From the NCBI GenBank assembly GCA_040954595.2, contig CM082578.2:17121703-17185702 (forward strand): a DNA stretch of 64,000 nucleotides. Direction: 5' to 3'. Origin of the DNA: Balanoglossus misakiensis (Eukaryota > Animalia > Hemichordata). Under the pieces are notes generated by a model that saw only the letters and a program-made list of their open reading frames with translations, was not told where the DNA came from and did not search any database. Positions 1 to 13,800 of the stretch are shown here, in pieces. Positions within the stretch are counted from its first letter, which is position 1. Each line of letters opens with the position of its first letter. A program made the position numbers and the translations under genes.

Positions 1-3000
1 GGGATGTGGGGGAATGCAGTTGCATATATGTAGCTGTCATTGATCCGAAAAGGATTGCCTGATTAAAACATTACAAATAATGTGGACATTTGATTCCGGG
101 TGACATCGTACACTGCGAGTGCAAAATGACCACACACAAGCATTTAAATACTAATCCAAACCTGCTAAATGTACGTTAGTCTGAATACTATGATGTCGCC
201 ATGGTAGACCATTTTCAGACCACAACGAAACCCTGGGGTTTCGTTGTCCAGGGTTTCAATGTGCTAGGGGGGGGGGGGTCTTATATTGGATGATATTCTC
301 ATGTGACACTAGACAAACAAGATTGGGCCCATCGTGTTAAATGGCACAAAGCTTACAATTCTTGTTTAACTCTGCACATATTCTAGTTCGAATAAAAAGC
401 CTGACATGCATTACTTGGCTACCAACCCGTTGCTACGGCAATTAACCAAGTCTCGCGAGATCTCTATTCCAGTGTTGCTCCTCTCACGCTCCACGGTTGG
501 ATTTTACATTGTGTGACCGCACTGCACATACATTAATATACATAGTTCGCTCGGTCACTGTACTTTAGGGGAGGATATTTGACACACTTATAATTCTCCT
601 TTATATGTTTACATATTGAATGTTATTCTTGCCACCAGTTCAGTCAGTCATTTGATGCTTGCTGCTAAAGTATAACATTGCACCCGATGCTAAAGTACGG
701 TTCAGAGATTTGGATCACAATAAAACAAGGCAAAATCTAGTTCACTTATTAAGGCATTAAACTTTTTGAAAGTTTCACTACCACCATCATAGATGAACTC
801 TGTCAAATGTGGTTTTGATAACCTTCTACAGGCAAAGTGCCTTCAATCCCCATTTCAACCATTAACTAATCTTAGTTGGATCAGATTCACTCGTCGTGAG
901 AAGAGAATCAATTTGAGAGATGCCGATTGATAAATGCAATCGATCTGAAAAACAATTAGAGTGAGGGGGCGATACATTTATTGACTTCAACACTGAGTAA
1001 GAGTCATAAATCCACTGATATTGCCACAGATACCAGATAACCATGAGGTAGAATACTGATAATTTCGAGAAGTCTCCTTTTTTATATTCGGTGTGTCATT
1101 AGCCAGCACGCCGCATATTCCAAAGCTCTGGTTTGGTTGATAGCGGGTGATGAACACGAATTGCAAAACTACCGTACATTTTTATCTGTGGCGCACTTGA
1201 CTTATGCCTCACCAGATCTTTTCTTCACGTACATTGACAAGAGCTCATATTAGCCAAGCATTTTCCAAAAACCAACTGACTTGACTTATTCGTCTGGTTC
1301 TGGCATTGACAGAAGAAGAAAAACTGCCTGACTGACGCATTTTCACCCACCCAGACAATACAACGCTGCAAGCGGCAGGATTGGTGAAAACGAGTAATTT
1401 CCGCGACCGATTGTTGATAGCACATTTCCTCCACATATGTTCATATTCTTGTCGTTAATTGGGCTACCTGCGCCTTATTTGCCCACTGACACAACATATA
1501 GATCCTAAAGGTTTTCTTCACCCAGCACAAGATGTATATTTATACATGTAATTGAAGAAAATATTACGTCATGAGAAGAATAATGATGCAAAGATCAGCG
1601 TTCTGCTGAAAGCCCTTCCGTTTCTGGTCCTTCTGGTTTGGGGGCTTGTTTTGTACTGCCGTCTTTTAATCTCTCCATACTGGTGAGATTATTTGGCACT
1701 GCTAATTCAAAAGCTACCTGAATTTTATTCAGAGATTTCTATGGTGTTTTGTAGAGCAACGATAAAAAAGTTGTGAACACCGTGAATTAAACATGTCCTA
1801 AAACAGGACAGTGAATCGTGCTCCGCATACTGGATTCTGCTGTGTGTAACGTTTGCGGAGTCTAAACCCGTGTTTATTTCTACGTATACATGCCGTTCTA
1901 CCTGGGTAATTGAATACAAGGCAATTAAGCCTAACTGCATAGACACTCCCATCCCTTCTATCGCCATTAGCAAGTTGTTGGAAGATGAAAGGAAGTACAT
2001 CAAACACCCAGGACAAATTTCTGACCTTTACTTTCACTCTAATGTGGTCATTGACTCCCTCTGCAGTCAATGCATTTTCAGCACCATGCAAACATGTACG
2101 TATGTGTGTGTATGCGTGTGTGTGTGCCTAACATTGAGTATGCAACCCTATAGTACTTTGTGAAGCACAAGACAGATAAGAATGAAATTGCGCACACATA
2201 GAGTTGGAGACATTGCCCACAAAGCATCCCTTCATAGTAATCCCAACTGCAAGTCTCTGATGTCAAGCTGAAAAGATCCACTCATTTAGAGATTTATGGA
2301 ATCAATGGTTAAATACAAGTGGATTTGTCAGAATTGGCAAGCATACAATGCCATGTCAATCATTAGTCCAATTCTTCCTCTTTGCACAATCCTTGTATAG
2401 ATTACTTGATCACGGAAAATTCACTAACTGTTCAAAATACGCGTCTTATGATGCGAATACAGTCAGTCAAAGTGTGCTGATATCCTTTCACTTAAATTCA
2501 TAATCATGCTGTTGTCTGTTTGAAGAGGGTATTTGCTTACTAAGACATGGCAATATACTTCCCCTTTGGATTAGTATCAACTACACATGTGCATGTAGTC
2601 AAAGCGTCAGGTCTTAGAAGCATTATGTTCGCTGCACGTAATGTCAGCATTGTGACAGCTGTACGCGCAGAGTTTGGTTGGAGAAAATTGTATGAGCGTT
2701 TCCTTTAATTCTGCCTGATGAGAACATGTTGATTGGGGTGGCTTACCTAACGACTATTTTACTAAGCACATTTTCAGAGAACTTTAAAATGTTCATTTAG
2801 AGCAAACAGCTATCCCCCCAAGTGCAGTATTCTAATGTTTTGAGATATAGTCTGAGTATTTACCTATTAGTCGACAACGTACATTTAGCTATGGAATGGG
2901 AATGAAAATTTGCTCAAGGTAACTAAATTTACTCTCTCTTAAAATTGAGAATAAAAATTGACGGTAAAAATCCAAATCATCTAAAAATTGTGTTGCTGAT

Positions 3001-4547
3001 TTAATGACTGCAATGTGTCCTGGAAGGAAAGACATTACCCAGGCATCTCTTCACATTGCATCAGTATTAATTACAATTATGCAAAAGCCAACTTTAGAGG
3101 CTTCGCAAATATAAATCATTTTAATCGACCGTAGAGATAACTGTTAAAACAATATTCCTTGGGGCAGAGCGGCCGATGATTAAGCGGCCTTTTCAAAGAC
3201 TCGGATCATGACTTCAAGAAAATGAAAATCGTTCTTCACAATTACTTCTTGAGAAAGTACAGAAACACCGATCTCTTCATTGAATTCGGTGTGAAATGTC
3301 ATAGGAACCATGATTTATTGCCCTCTTCTGATATTGAATATTGACCCTGGTACCAAATTGAGCCTATGACCAAGTTATCAAATATTTTCTCCTCTCATAC
3401 TTCTATATAAAAAGACAGACAATAACGGCAGAAAGTTTACATGCCACATGTTACGTAATTAGATGTGGGATGATGTGATGTGGTGTGATCTACATGTTGT
3501 TGAGTGCTCTACTTTAGTTGTTTTTCTTTTAAAGGGGAGTGTGATAAGCACAGTTGAACTTTCGTTGGGCAATAAACAATTCTGTGCACAGACAAAACGC
3601 GTTTAGTGTATTTCTATAGAAATGCCAACGTCAACATGGGCCACTGTGTGTTGATCTGTTTAATCGATGCCAGGAGATGTGAAAAATCCTGCCAGATACA
3701 TAACTGGATAGGTGGAGATAAAAAAGTACAAAGCCACCGCCTTGTTACTCTTCTATACCCGCTCTATTGATTGAAAACCAAGTATGGTGGGAAAGTAAAA
3801 CTTATTAATGACGTGCATCAGCCTACATGTATCTCTCCACATCTTAAGTGATGTTCACTGCTCAAACAACGTGCAATGTTTATGTACGTAAATGTAATCA
3901 CTGCCGCAATCTCATCTGCAATGCAGAGATTGAAATCGCCTACGTCACCTCTCTCTCTCTAGTTTTTTTTTTAATTCTCACTCGCCAATAGCTAACAGAA
4001 AGACCCAATGTATCCCACTTTGAAACGAGTTGTTTTTCTACTTTACATGACATTTCTACTGCAAAGGTTATCAATGACAGTTAAAAGCTTCAAAGTGCCT
4101 TGACAATATCGAAATTAAAAGGTTTTGAACATTTAGTGATTTGTCTCTGAGAAATTTCCTAGCTATTAACTGTTGTCACCTCCAGTCAAAGCAGCTTTCT
4201 CTTAGCTGCTTTCTGACCTCGCTGGTGCGATGTTGTCTCAGATGTATGAAACACGACTGACCACCACATACTAATATTCTAATGTCCAAAATACAATTAT
4301 AAAACCAATTCTTCACACGTGTCTCTGATAGAGAGAGAGAGAGGGAGGGGGGGGGGGGAGAAAATTATGTTTTTAGAAAATAACCAACTTGGGGGAAGCA
4401 AGGTGATTACTAGGCATTTCCTGTTAGATACGCTCATTTTTCTGAGATGTCTTTTATCCGCAACCACATACAGTATGTTTTTATTTATTTTTCTACGACT
4501 ATGAACCTGCGGACCCTGTGGTCACACTGGGATAACAGCCGATACTG

Positions 4548-4615
4548 TAGCTCTGCGTGGCAGGGCTGTGTTGTTACGGCGAGCCGTAACAACACAGCCC
4601 TGCCACGCAGAGCTA
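4548..4615. mobile_element. Palindromic miniature inverted-repeat element (hairpin MITE-like), copy A
   Basis: Perfect inverted arms TAGCTCTGCGTGGCAGGGCTGTGTTGTTACGGC / GCCGTAACAACACAGCCCTGCCACGCAGAGCTA around a 2-nt loop. Flanked by the 9-bp direct repeat CCGATACTG (4539-4547, 4616-4624), interpreted as a TSD. Confidence 0.8.
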
Positions 4616-4942
4616 CCGATACTGCTGCGTGCTGGCCTATACATTTAAACTTCCCACCCCCCGAAACTATGGTGTAGATGACTTTCACATTCAATTACGT
4701 GTAATTTAGCTCCAGGGCTATAGTGTGCAATTGTTGGAACAGCCAAAGGACCCCATGACAAAAGACTTCAACAGTAGCAACTTGTCTGTTTCAGTGTCAG
4801 CTCAGCACATTTTTCTCTGTGACTATTGATGTATGAAGAGACAACAATGTCTAATATCATGTCTTTTTAACTTGTGAACGGAGGGAAATTTCCGAAAATG
4901 CTGCCACTGTCATCATGCCCGTACACAGGGCTACGACTAGGG

Positions 4943-5046
4943 TAGCTCTGCGTACAGGTCTGTGTGTTCCCGGCGTTACACGGCCTCCACCTCCACCGGT
5001 GGAGGCCGTGTAACGCCGGGAACACACAGACCTGTACGCAGAGTTA
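4943..5046. mobile_element. Palindromic miniature inverted-repeat element (hairpin MITE-like), copy B
   Basis: 49-bp inverted arms (4943-4991 / 4998-5046, one mismatch) around a 6-nt loop. Same TAGCTCTGCGT terminus as copy A. Flanked by the 9-bp direct repeat CGACTAGGG (4934-4942, 5047-5055). Confidence 0.8.
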
Positions 5047-5605
5047 CGACTAGGGCTGCTGTGAACTGATATGTACAAATGGTCGTTCATACTTTTTTCA
5101 TAGTTTTAAGCAGCGTGTGAAAAAATATAAGGCAAAGTACCTCTGCTGAATTTTTTGCGCTTTTTTAGAAAGTTTTTGTCAGATCGTGCGCAGTCTGTCT
5201 AGATGCCATGTAAATTTAGAGCACACACCCGAGTGAACTTGTTGCTATGGCGACTTTTGAAATGGTTTCACTTGGGCTGACAGAAAGTAACAATTTTATG
5301 CAAATTAAAAGAACCGTGTTCATTTCCGCGCGCGATTCAAGAATGTTTTCCATGACCTTGTTTTCTTACTTCGGAAGAAATGTTCTTTGAGCAGTGTGCC
5401 TAGCCACAGAAGAGGAAGTGTAGGTAGAATCTGTAGGAATATATACCACTTCAATGCAAATCATGATTCCCCCCCTACTATGACCAAATCCCACTTAATT
5501 TTGGACTAAGGGGCAACATTCCCCCTTCTCTCAACATACCGGAGAAAACACTGTAAATGAACACTATATAGGCCTAGCTCTCAAATCACAGCAAAAGGCG
5601 ACACA

Positions 5606-5697
5606 AAAGTCCGGGGTAAACGTGTTGCGCTGACCTGCGTTAACAGATCCCGTGAGGAGTACGGTGCCCAGAGTGCAACACACTAACCCCAAACTCC
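5606..5697 (-). other. Structured RNA motif (3-way junction) shared with the Tx1 3' UTR; probable 3' relic of a diverged Tx1/L1-like element
   Basis: 5648-5670 matches 55316-55338 at 22/23 nt. The flanking stems differ in sequence but still pair, with several G-U pairs on the minus strand. Confidence 0.6.
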
Positions 5698-6430
5698 TGC
5701 GGCCTCTTTTGCACACAACGATACAGCGGTTCTCAACAAACAACATTCATCGACCAAAACTGGCCACTGCGTCTATCCAGAGCCTTGGCGAATATTCGAA
5801 AGGGGCTTCTGAACCAACGTTGTCCTGAAAATCCAGCAGATGCCACCAATTGTGACGGAAACCCGAACGGTCCGTCTCTGATAACTAGGCGGTACCTCGC
5901 GTGCCTCTTACAAACAGGGCTATCTCTAAACACGACGGTCCGAATTCGCCAGAAAGCACGCATCTTGACGAAATTATCGGCCCACACCGAACTGCTAAAA
6001 CAAACACGACTTAGACTTTGCGAACGGTGACCCGGGGCTGGCTATCCGGTAGGGATAAAACAGGCTAAATCGGGAAAAGTTGCACAGAGCCGAAACAACG
6101 CGTCCTTCTTCGACAGGTCAATGCTAATTCCTCCCGAAAATAAAATATATGGTGGATAGGCTAATCATGTGACCCAGAACGCATTTCTGATTGGTGTATA
6201 AGTATAACAGGCCATGATCACTCGGCAAGGGCGTGATGGGCAACGTGGCTGCAATACCACCATGCAAGTGAAGCCATACAAAAATACCATGCCATGCCAA
6301 TATTCTCAAACGATTGCGAGGGGTATTTACTATTTAACAAACAAGAAATTAAAACCGTAGAAACGCTCAGTCGTCCGCAGTCAACCGTTTACTGGGGCAC
6401 ATGCCAGCAAGGAAAACATTGCACGAAATC

Positions 6431-6467
6431 GATGATGATGATGATGATGATGATGATGGTGATGATG
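6431..6467. repeat. (GAT)n microsatellite
   Basis: Direct reading; one GGT interruption. Confidence 0.95.
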
Positions 6468-7422
6468 TATATTGAGGCAACAAGGAGACATCCCATTTAG
6501 GCGGTATTTTATGAATTTATTACAGAATCATCATTCGCACCAAAAAGCTTCACAAGTACATCAATCCCAAATGACAATCATTGACAAGCGTGATGACTTC
6601 TGCCTGCAGATATAGACACGGCCAATCTAGTGATTGTCCAGATGAAACCCCACGGGAATAAATCTCTACTGGCTGTGCTTGAAATATATGTGCCCGTTTC
6701 ATATCTATCGATAATGGTTTAATTATTAATTTAATATAACGCTGAAGTAGTTGTCTATCTCCGAACAGCAGTTGGCTCGCCATTAGCAACCACAATATAA
6801 CAACCCGCGGTGACCATGAAATAAATGTTCAAAAACAACTTCAAGCTTCTCACGTTGCTTTGGATCCTTCCCCTGTATGGGAAATATAGTCCTATACTAG
6901 GTCGAGTTAGAGTACGAATCCCTACAGTTCATGTGAAAGAGATACGCACTTACTAAGATTCTTGCACTACGTTATTTAGCAAATACAGTATACAGCACGA
7001 TCCTATAAATACTTGATACTTGATCAGAAGCATGAGAGCCACTATTAGGAAAAAAGATGAAATATTTAAGCGATATAGCCTTGTACTACGCCGTGGGAAG
7101 AGGATACGAGACTTGGGTAATCATGTCATTATATCACATAATTACCAGATCGTATTAGTTGACAAATGGGGCAACATATAAAATTCAAAATATCACACTC
7201 CTAATCCTGAATTCTATATACAAGAATATGGCGTCGACACGTTTTCAACCAAATAGGCCTGCTGCCAAAATCACACGTTGCCGTATTCTAAGTATGTTTG
7301 GTCTAATATAATAGGATTGCATGGGTGCCAGATCTATACGTCACTACAACGGCAAATGGGTACATAGCGCTTTAGACGTGAACTCTGCTCTATATTTTGC
7401 GTTCTAACACGGTCAATTCATC

Positions 7423-7520
7423 CTCTCTCTCTCTCGTTTCATTCTCTCTCTCTCTCTCTCTCGTTTCACTCGCTCTCTCTCTCTCTCTCTCTCTCTCCTC
7501 TCTCTCTCCCTCTCTCTTCT
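7423..7520. repeat. Imperfect (CT)n microsatellite
   Basis: Direct reading; CT runs interrupted by CGTTTCA. Confidence 0.9.
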
Positions 7521-7824
7521 CGTTTTCTTTCGGCTCGGCTTGTGACAGTTGACAACTATCACTGCAACCGAAGAAAACACGACAGCGCGACGAAATTAAT
7601 TCGGTAGAGCAATTTACGACGGGTCGATTGACACCAAAGTGTACATATATGTGTCAATGACTTTGGCAATTATTGGCGGAACCTGAAGATCACAAACACG
7701 AGTTTTACTGAACTGCTGGCAAACTCTACCACTAACCCTATACTCTGTTCTCAACATTATGGTGTTTTCAAATCTAAATACATGTAATGCATGAACTTAT
7801 CGCCAGCCTCTAATATATTTTCTG

Positions 7825-10800
7825 CTAAACGATCACTTGTCTTCCCCCGACTGGCTTCTTTTTGCCGGTTTCTGACGTGTTTTTCGGATCTTTGGCATCA
7901 GACGTTGCGATTCCCGAATACTCCTTCCTGTGAGTGTCGCTGTTTTTCTTCCGTCGGAAATAAACGACCAGGAGAACAATGAGCGCGGCAACAATTAAAA
8001 GTATAAGAACTACAACCACAACGACGATTACGGTGACATTTGAGTTGTCCTGTGGATCATGGAAGGTTGCCGTGACAACATTGGACGTCTCCCCTGATTT
8101 CCCGGCGTCGTCAACAGCACGGATGGCAAACACCTGTCGATTGGTGGCGTTGTTCAAGTCGCCGGACACTTTTACTGTGACTTTCTCTTTGGATCCCGCG
8201 GTTAGCGGTCGGTGTAAGCTACCTTCAACAACAGAGGAATTATCTAGTCGATGAGCTAGCTCAAAGTTGTCAAACAGAACGTCGACATTTTCGCTGATAC
8301 GCAGGTCGTATTCGGTGGCTGTAAGAAAGGAAAGAAAAACAGTTTTGTTCGTGGTGTGCTGTTGAGGCGGTACAGAGACATAATGTTCACGGGATAGAAC
8401 CCTTGCGACAGTATTTTTTTTTTTTGCATTTCGCTTTCCAAAAACACCAATCAGTGTTCAGAGATGTGTTTTCGAATCCCATCATTAAGCCATATTGTCT
8501 TTGAAAAAGTATTACATGTATTTCAATCCTCGCAAGTTGAGTCGATCAAATTCGGGCATTCGCACATTTTTTGTGTTCTCGAGGACAGCGGCCACTGATA
8601 ACATTGATTGCAAGTCGTAAATTATTTATTTGTTAAAACCTAAGTTGTGCGTTTATCGCCAATGTTGGAAAATGTGGCAACACTTTGGTAACAATTTTTC
8701 ACGCTATTTATTGTTTATTACACTGAACCCATTGAAAACAAGCTACACTAGCTGCTGACGATGTCAAAGCGCCGGGGAACTAGTTTATTAGGGAAATATC
8801 GGTCGTGTATTATACCTGTGCCTTGATCAAAATCATCTCCCGGCGCAGTCCACCGCAGTGTCACCGTCTTTTCTGAAAAAGAAGTCGACACCACTTCCAA
8901 ATCGATGATTCGTGCCGGGGCGTACATGTCGGTCGACGCCATTTCTTCGTTGTAGTTGGCTACTTCGAAGGTTCCCGCACTGGTTGCACGGTTAAAGAGT
9001 TCAGCTTCTTCGTAGCTCGGTTCGGAGATAGGCGCTGTTGACAAATATATATATATATATATATATAAATGGAATGGAAAGCTCAGATGCCGTGTACAGC
9101 CTGAAGGTGTGAGCTACTCCAATCGGTTCCCCCCCCCCCCCCGCCCAGTTCCTGAGTTTCTAATAATGAAATGATATCCGGCTCACGCTCTTCTCAGCAG
9201 ACCCTCGGGAAAACGAAATCCGCAACAATTGCGAGTGTCACGAACTGTTTGGAGTGGATACCGTATGAAAAGAAAGAGTACCCGACGGCGTTACCACACT
9301 TGCGTCACCGGAACACAAGTGTTACTGATTAATGATTTACGTTGAATGAAAGGCTGTCAATTTCTAGTTATTACTGATTCCGCCTTACATTTCCTCATCT
9401 TAATTAGAGCTTTAATTTCCCGGCAAATTGCGTTTCTCCAGTAATAAAACATATGCTGAAATTCACACTGTCACCAAACTGAAAAACCAGATTCTTTAAC
9501 CACGTTCTGAACCGTCATTTAGTTTATACGGGCGATATTTTGACAAGCCGCTGATCACTATTCGCGGTGATCTATGGGAGGACCGGTACCGGAATATATT
9601 CCCGCTATTTACCAAATTAGAAACCCTTGAGTACATGAGATTCGGTGAAATGATTGTGTCAGATTCACGGAAAATAACCGGTGAATGAAGAGAATGACAG
9701 CACCATGACAGTGGACAAACACCCCCCCCCCCCCCCACAAGTTCATATTTACATACACTGCGGGTATACATGACGACATGAATCTCTAATCTTTGCAACG
9801 TTTACGCATCATACGTTGTTTAAAACGGGCCGGTTCCTTGAAAAGCCCGAAAAGGGACTATGGCGGTTATTTGTGCGCCTTGCCGCATGGGGTCGCACTA
9901 CAACAGTGTCATCGCGTAATATCTGTCGTCAGATGACAGGCAACTTATAAAATGACACTGAAAAAGTCTTGTTTTGCTACCGCATTTGGCCTGTTCTAGT
10001 CTCGTTTCGACAAAAGACATCTGAGCTAAAATCACCAAATTTACAAAATTGTGCGTCACTAAACAGTAAACTCTGTCAACTGAATTCTGGGCCCGGTAAC
10101 AGGTGATACCACAGTTTGATGTAAGCTTTTAAGCATTCGACATATCACATTAAAACTCGGGTGAAAATAGCCTGTTAAATTTTGAAGCGGTATTTGTTTC
10201 GATAATAGCGGCGATGTCAGCTCAATTTAAATGCAAATCGCATAGCCGATGGGGAATGAAAGTAACCCCGGAGGGTATCTTTTATAGAATTTGTTAGAAT
10301 TATGTTTCTCATTAGTGTCTGAAATTATAATTTCGCCGACTGTGAAATATGAAGCGACCAAAAGTTCAAACAGTAAATTATAGCAGTTATTTAAACTACA
10401 ACACAGTTGGAAACAAAAATAAGTGAAACCACAGATACCACTTTCCATGGTGAAACCTATTTCGTAAGAAATATTTTATCACTTGGTCATGTTAGACTCT
10501 TTAATAGCCTGTCTTCCTCTGATATTTATACTTCAATATATTCGAAGAAGCTATTTTTCATATACTATGAACCTAGGATTATCATTTTAAGACTTTGGTT
10601 ACGTTAATCCACTGATGGGCACAACGCAACGCTTCTGTCTAAAATTCACAGACAACCCTATTTGCCACGATTAAAACACATTGAGTGAGAACTTACCGGG
10701 CCTAAAAGCGAATGCCGCGCTGCCAACCATTCCCGATTTGCGCACCTGCGCAGAACCGTCCGTGTTTCCAACTTTGATTTGAACGCTGTAGCGCCCGTCT

Positions 10801-13800
10801 CCTGTGATGTTGACGAAGTAGGCAGAGTAGACTCCATCGTTCTGTTTGATATCGGCCCCTGCGAAGACAAGGAAAACGCCACCATATAAGAAAACAATCC
10901 AACAAAACAAACAATTATCACCAGGAAAAAAACCAACAGATGTGGAAACTGAGATGTGGTTAGTGATAACCATTTTTGCATTTGCAAAATAAAGTGTTTT
11001 GTTATTCGCCTCAGTGTCTCGATGGTTGACATATGCTACTCCCGATCTGAATCTGCTGTACATTTTATGAATAAATGTTAACTTTCTAGACTGTTTGTGT
11101 CTCTCTATTTCTGACTGCGTCTGCCTGTAGATCTGTCTCTCTCAGACACATACAAGCGCGCCCGCTACGTATAGCAATGCTGAGTGTTTTTAGGTAAATG
11201 TTCGGCAACAATCAATGCAATCTACTATGTACATGTATTTTATAGGACTGCTCAAACTATATTCATGTTGTTGGTCAACTGCGCCCTCTACAGCCCAAGT
11301 TAGTAAATACCTGCTCCGTTGTCAAGGAGACGTAAACTAGACTTTCCGCCGTCTCCCCGATCGATGAGGGCCACGACATCCGCATTTACAACAGCGTTGT
11401 AACCTTTGGTGACCTTGGCGTAGACTATCAAGTACGGTAGTGTTCCCTCGAAGTCGACCTGGAGAGAACTGAGTTGTGACGTCACAAGTATTGGCTGTGC
11501 GTCTTCGGTCACTCGTCTTGACTCGGTTCCCATGTTGATAAGTTGGTCATAATTCGACGGGTTGTCAATCACATAGGTCCACTTGCCACTCTAGGGGATA
11601 AATGTGACACGAGCATACTTCATCAAATGTTAATGTCAACAAATAGTCTTTTAAAGCAGAATACTAGACTAGGTACGGTGTGGGCGTGGTCAAATAACAA
11701 CGCCAAATTATAATACCCATGTGCTAAACCACAGTCCCTCCACACTCTTTCTTGTGGGAATGTGACTGAACACTGGGCATTCTATATACTTCGGGGATTC
11801 GAAGCAAAAGTGCATTAAACACAATATAAAACAACAGTCCTGAGAAAATGGCAAAACGTAACAGCTAATACTGCAACCACACAACACGCTTTATGGGCAA
11901 TTTTTATAAAGTACCACGCCAAAAGTTTGAATCGCAAATTTGAAAGAAGACGGAACATACCGCCGCTGTTCCCGGGACTGAGATGGTAATCATTTTCAAT
12001 GACTCGTCAACTGTGTACGCATCCGACGTCTTGTCGATGACAGACCCGTCTGGACCAGTCAGGCGAACGTCCACTCGCTGCCTCTTCCAAGTGAACCCGA
12101 ACATGGTCGAGTTGCCGAGTGAAGAATCGATGAACACCGAGTCGGTGCTTGAAGTTTTACTGGGTATAGTCATTGCTCCGCTGGCCACCTGTTGAGAAAT
12201 GAGTGGATGAGTGAATATGCGGGAAAAATAGCTACACGCAATTTGAGGAAATACATGTATAACTCGCATTCTCTAACGATTACTTGTGTCGTAAATTGTA
12301 CATATGCGATTATACATGTACTATGGAGCTTCGGAAAGATGTCGGAAATGTTTGCGACAACAAGAAAGCTGTTTACAGATTTCGTGATTACGAAATTGAC
12401 GAAAGTATAATCAAGCAGTTTCGTAAGTGTGTAATTTTCCCGGCATAGTTAACGTTGTAATCGGACGAATGTGACTCAAAAGACCACAGCAACAGTGTAG
12501 TAAAGCGCCCGCTAGGGGTAGATTCAGAACTTCTGTCGTAGTAGAAAGTCAATTACATGTACCTGTACTGGTAGAGATGTTACTGTAGCCTCCTCTGGTC
12601 GCCTAGATACTGTCGATGTGAATGCGTCGTGTAGAGCTGTAGTGTCCTCAGAACCGGTAAAGAAATACGAAAATCCACCTGTGTCCCCAGCCAGTGCTTC
12701 CAGCTGTGGATCGGCACCGTAAGTGAAAGCAATCGTATCGATGATAACACCAGCGTCTTCGATTTCGTTTCGTATGTCACTAAGCAGTGGTGAGCGGTTC
12801 TCTTCACCATCAGACACCAAGAGGATATACCCACCGGCGGGGTCATCGCCAGCACCCGATGATAGCACCTGCAAACAAACAATCAGACAGTCACATTAAG
12901 AAGAATGTCGTCTGACGACACCAGTGTCGTTTGTCTCAGCACAGGTATTTATGTTGCAGTAGTGTTAAATAGTACGCTGGCCATCCGATTTGCACGCACC
13001 TTCAATGGTAGCAGTAACGCGATCTATTCAGACAAACTTTTCGGCGGATCTCACCTGTATACCCTTCTGTATACCACCTCCGATGCTGGTCCATCCAGCT
13101 GCCGCTTTCGGTAAATTTGAAACGAGGTTTTCCCGTGAATTGGTACCGCTGATGAGTCTCAGGTCCGCCAGGATTCGGGGCTTTTCTTCGAACTCGACGA
13201 TGCCGACGTAGCTGCCGTCGTCAATCGTGTTCCGCAGATAATTGCTGGCCACTTGCAGCAGCTGATTGAGCGGTTCGCCCTGTAGAGACACATCGTTAAT
13301 AGCAACGGTTGGAAATAAAAACGTGCTACTCAAGTCAATCCGATATGAAATGCCTACAGAGAACATGTAGCATCGAAAAAGGGAGACAAGTTGACGAGTT
13401 ACAGGTCAGGGAAAATTGGCCGCTGAAACTGGACACTACAAAGCTGCCTCCATGATGACAACACATGCTGCTATGGTAACGCACTACTCACCTCCATGCT
13501 GCCGGATACATCCAGTACCAGCGCCACCCGCCGTTCTCTTCGTTGAACAAGACGAAAGTTCGGCACTGTGTTCACAATTTCGTTGCTATCGATTGGTGGA
13601 TTTTTGCCACCCGAGAAGTCGTCGCCTGCCAGTATGATATCCAGGGTACTTTTCCCACCACACAAGTTATTCTGCTTGTTGGGAGCGTCGCGGTTGTGAA
13701 GACCATTGGGGTCACTGGTGTTACTGTGGCACCATGTGGTCACCTATAATTGACATATAAAACGTTTTCAAATATCCTGAAACTGGATAATATTCTAGCC

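Noticed and set aside
222-247. 12-bp hairpin ACAACGAAACCC-TG-GGGTTTCGTTGT
   Set aside because: Short, with no TSD or second terminus identified. It may be a repeat remnant but this cannot be supported.
5733-6030. Short ORFs on both strands as a protein-coding gene
   Set aside because: No recognisable domain or splice structure. At most a decayed retroelement C-terminus.
6431-6467. (GAT)n as the 5' flank of the 5.6-kb retroelement relic
   Set aside because: No matching A-tail or (ATG)n was found on the other side of the relic, so the association is unproven.
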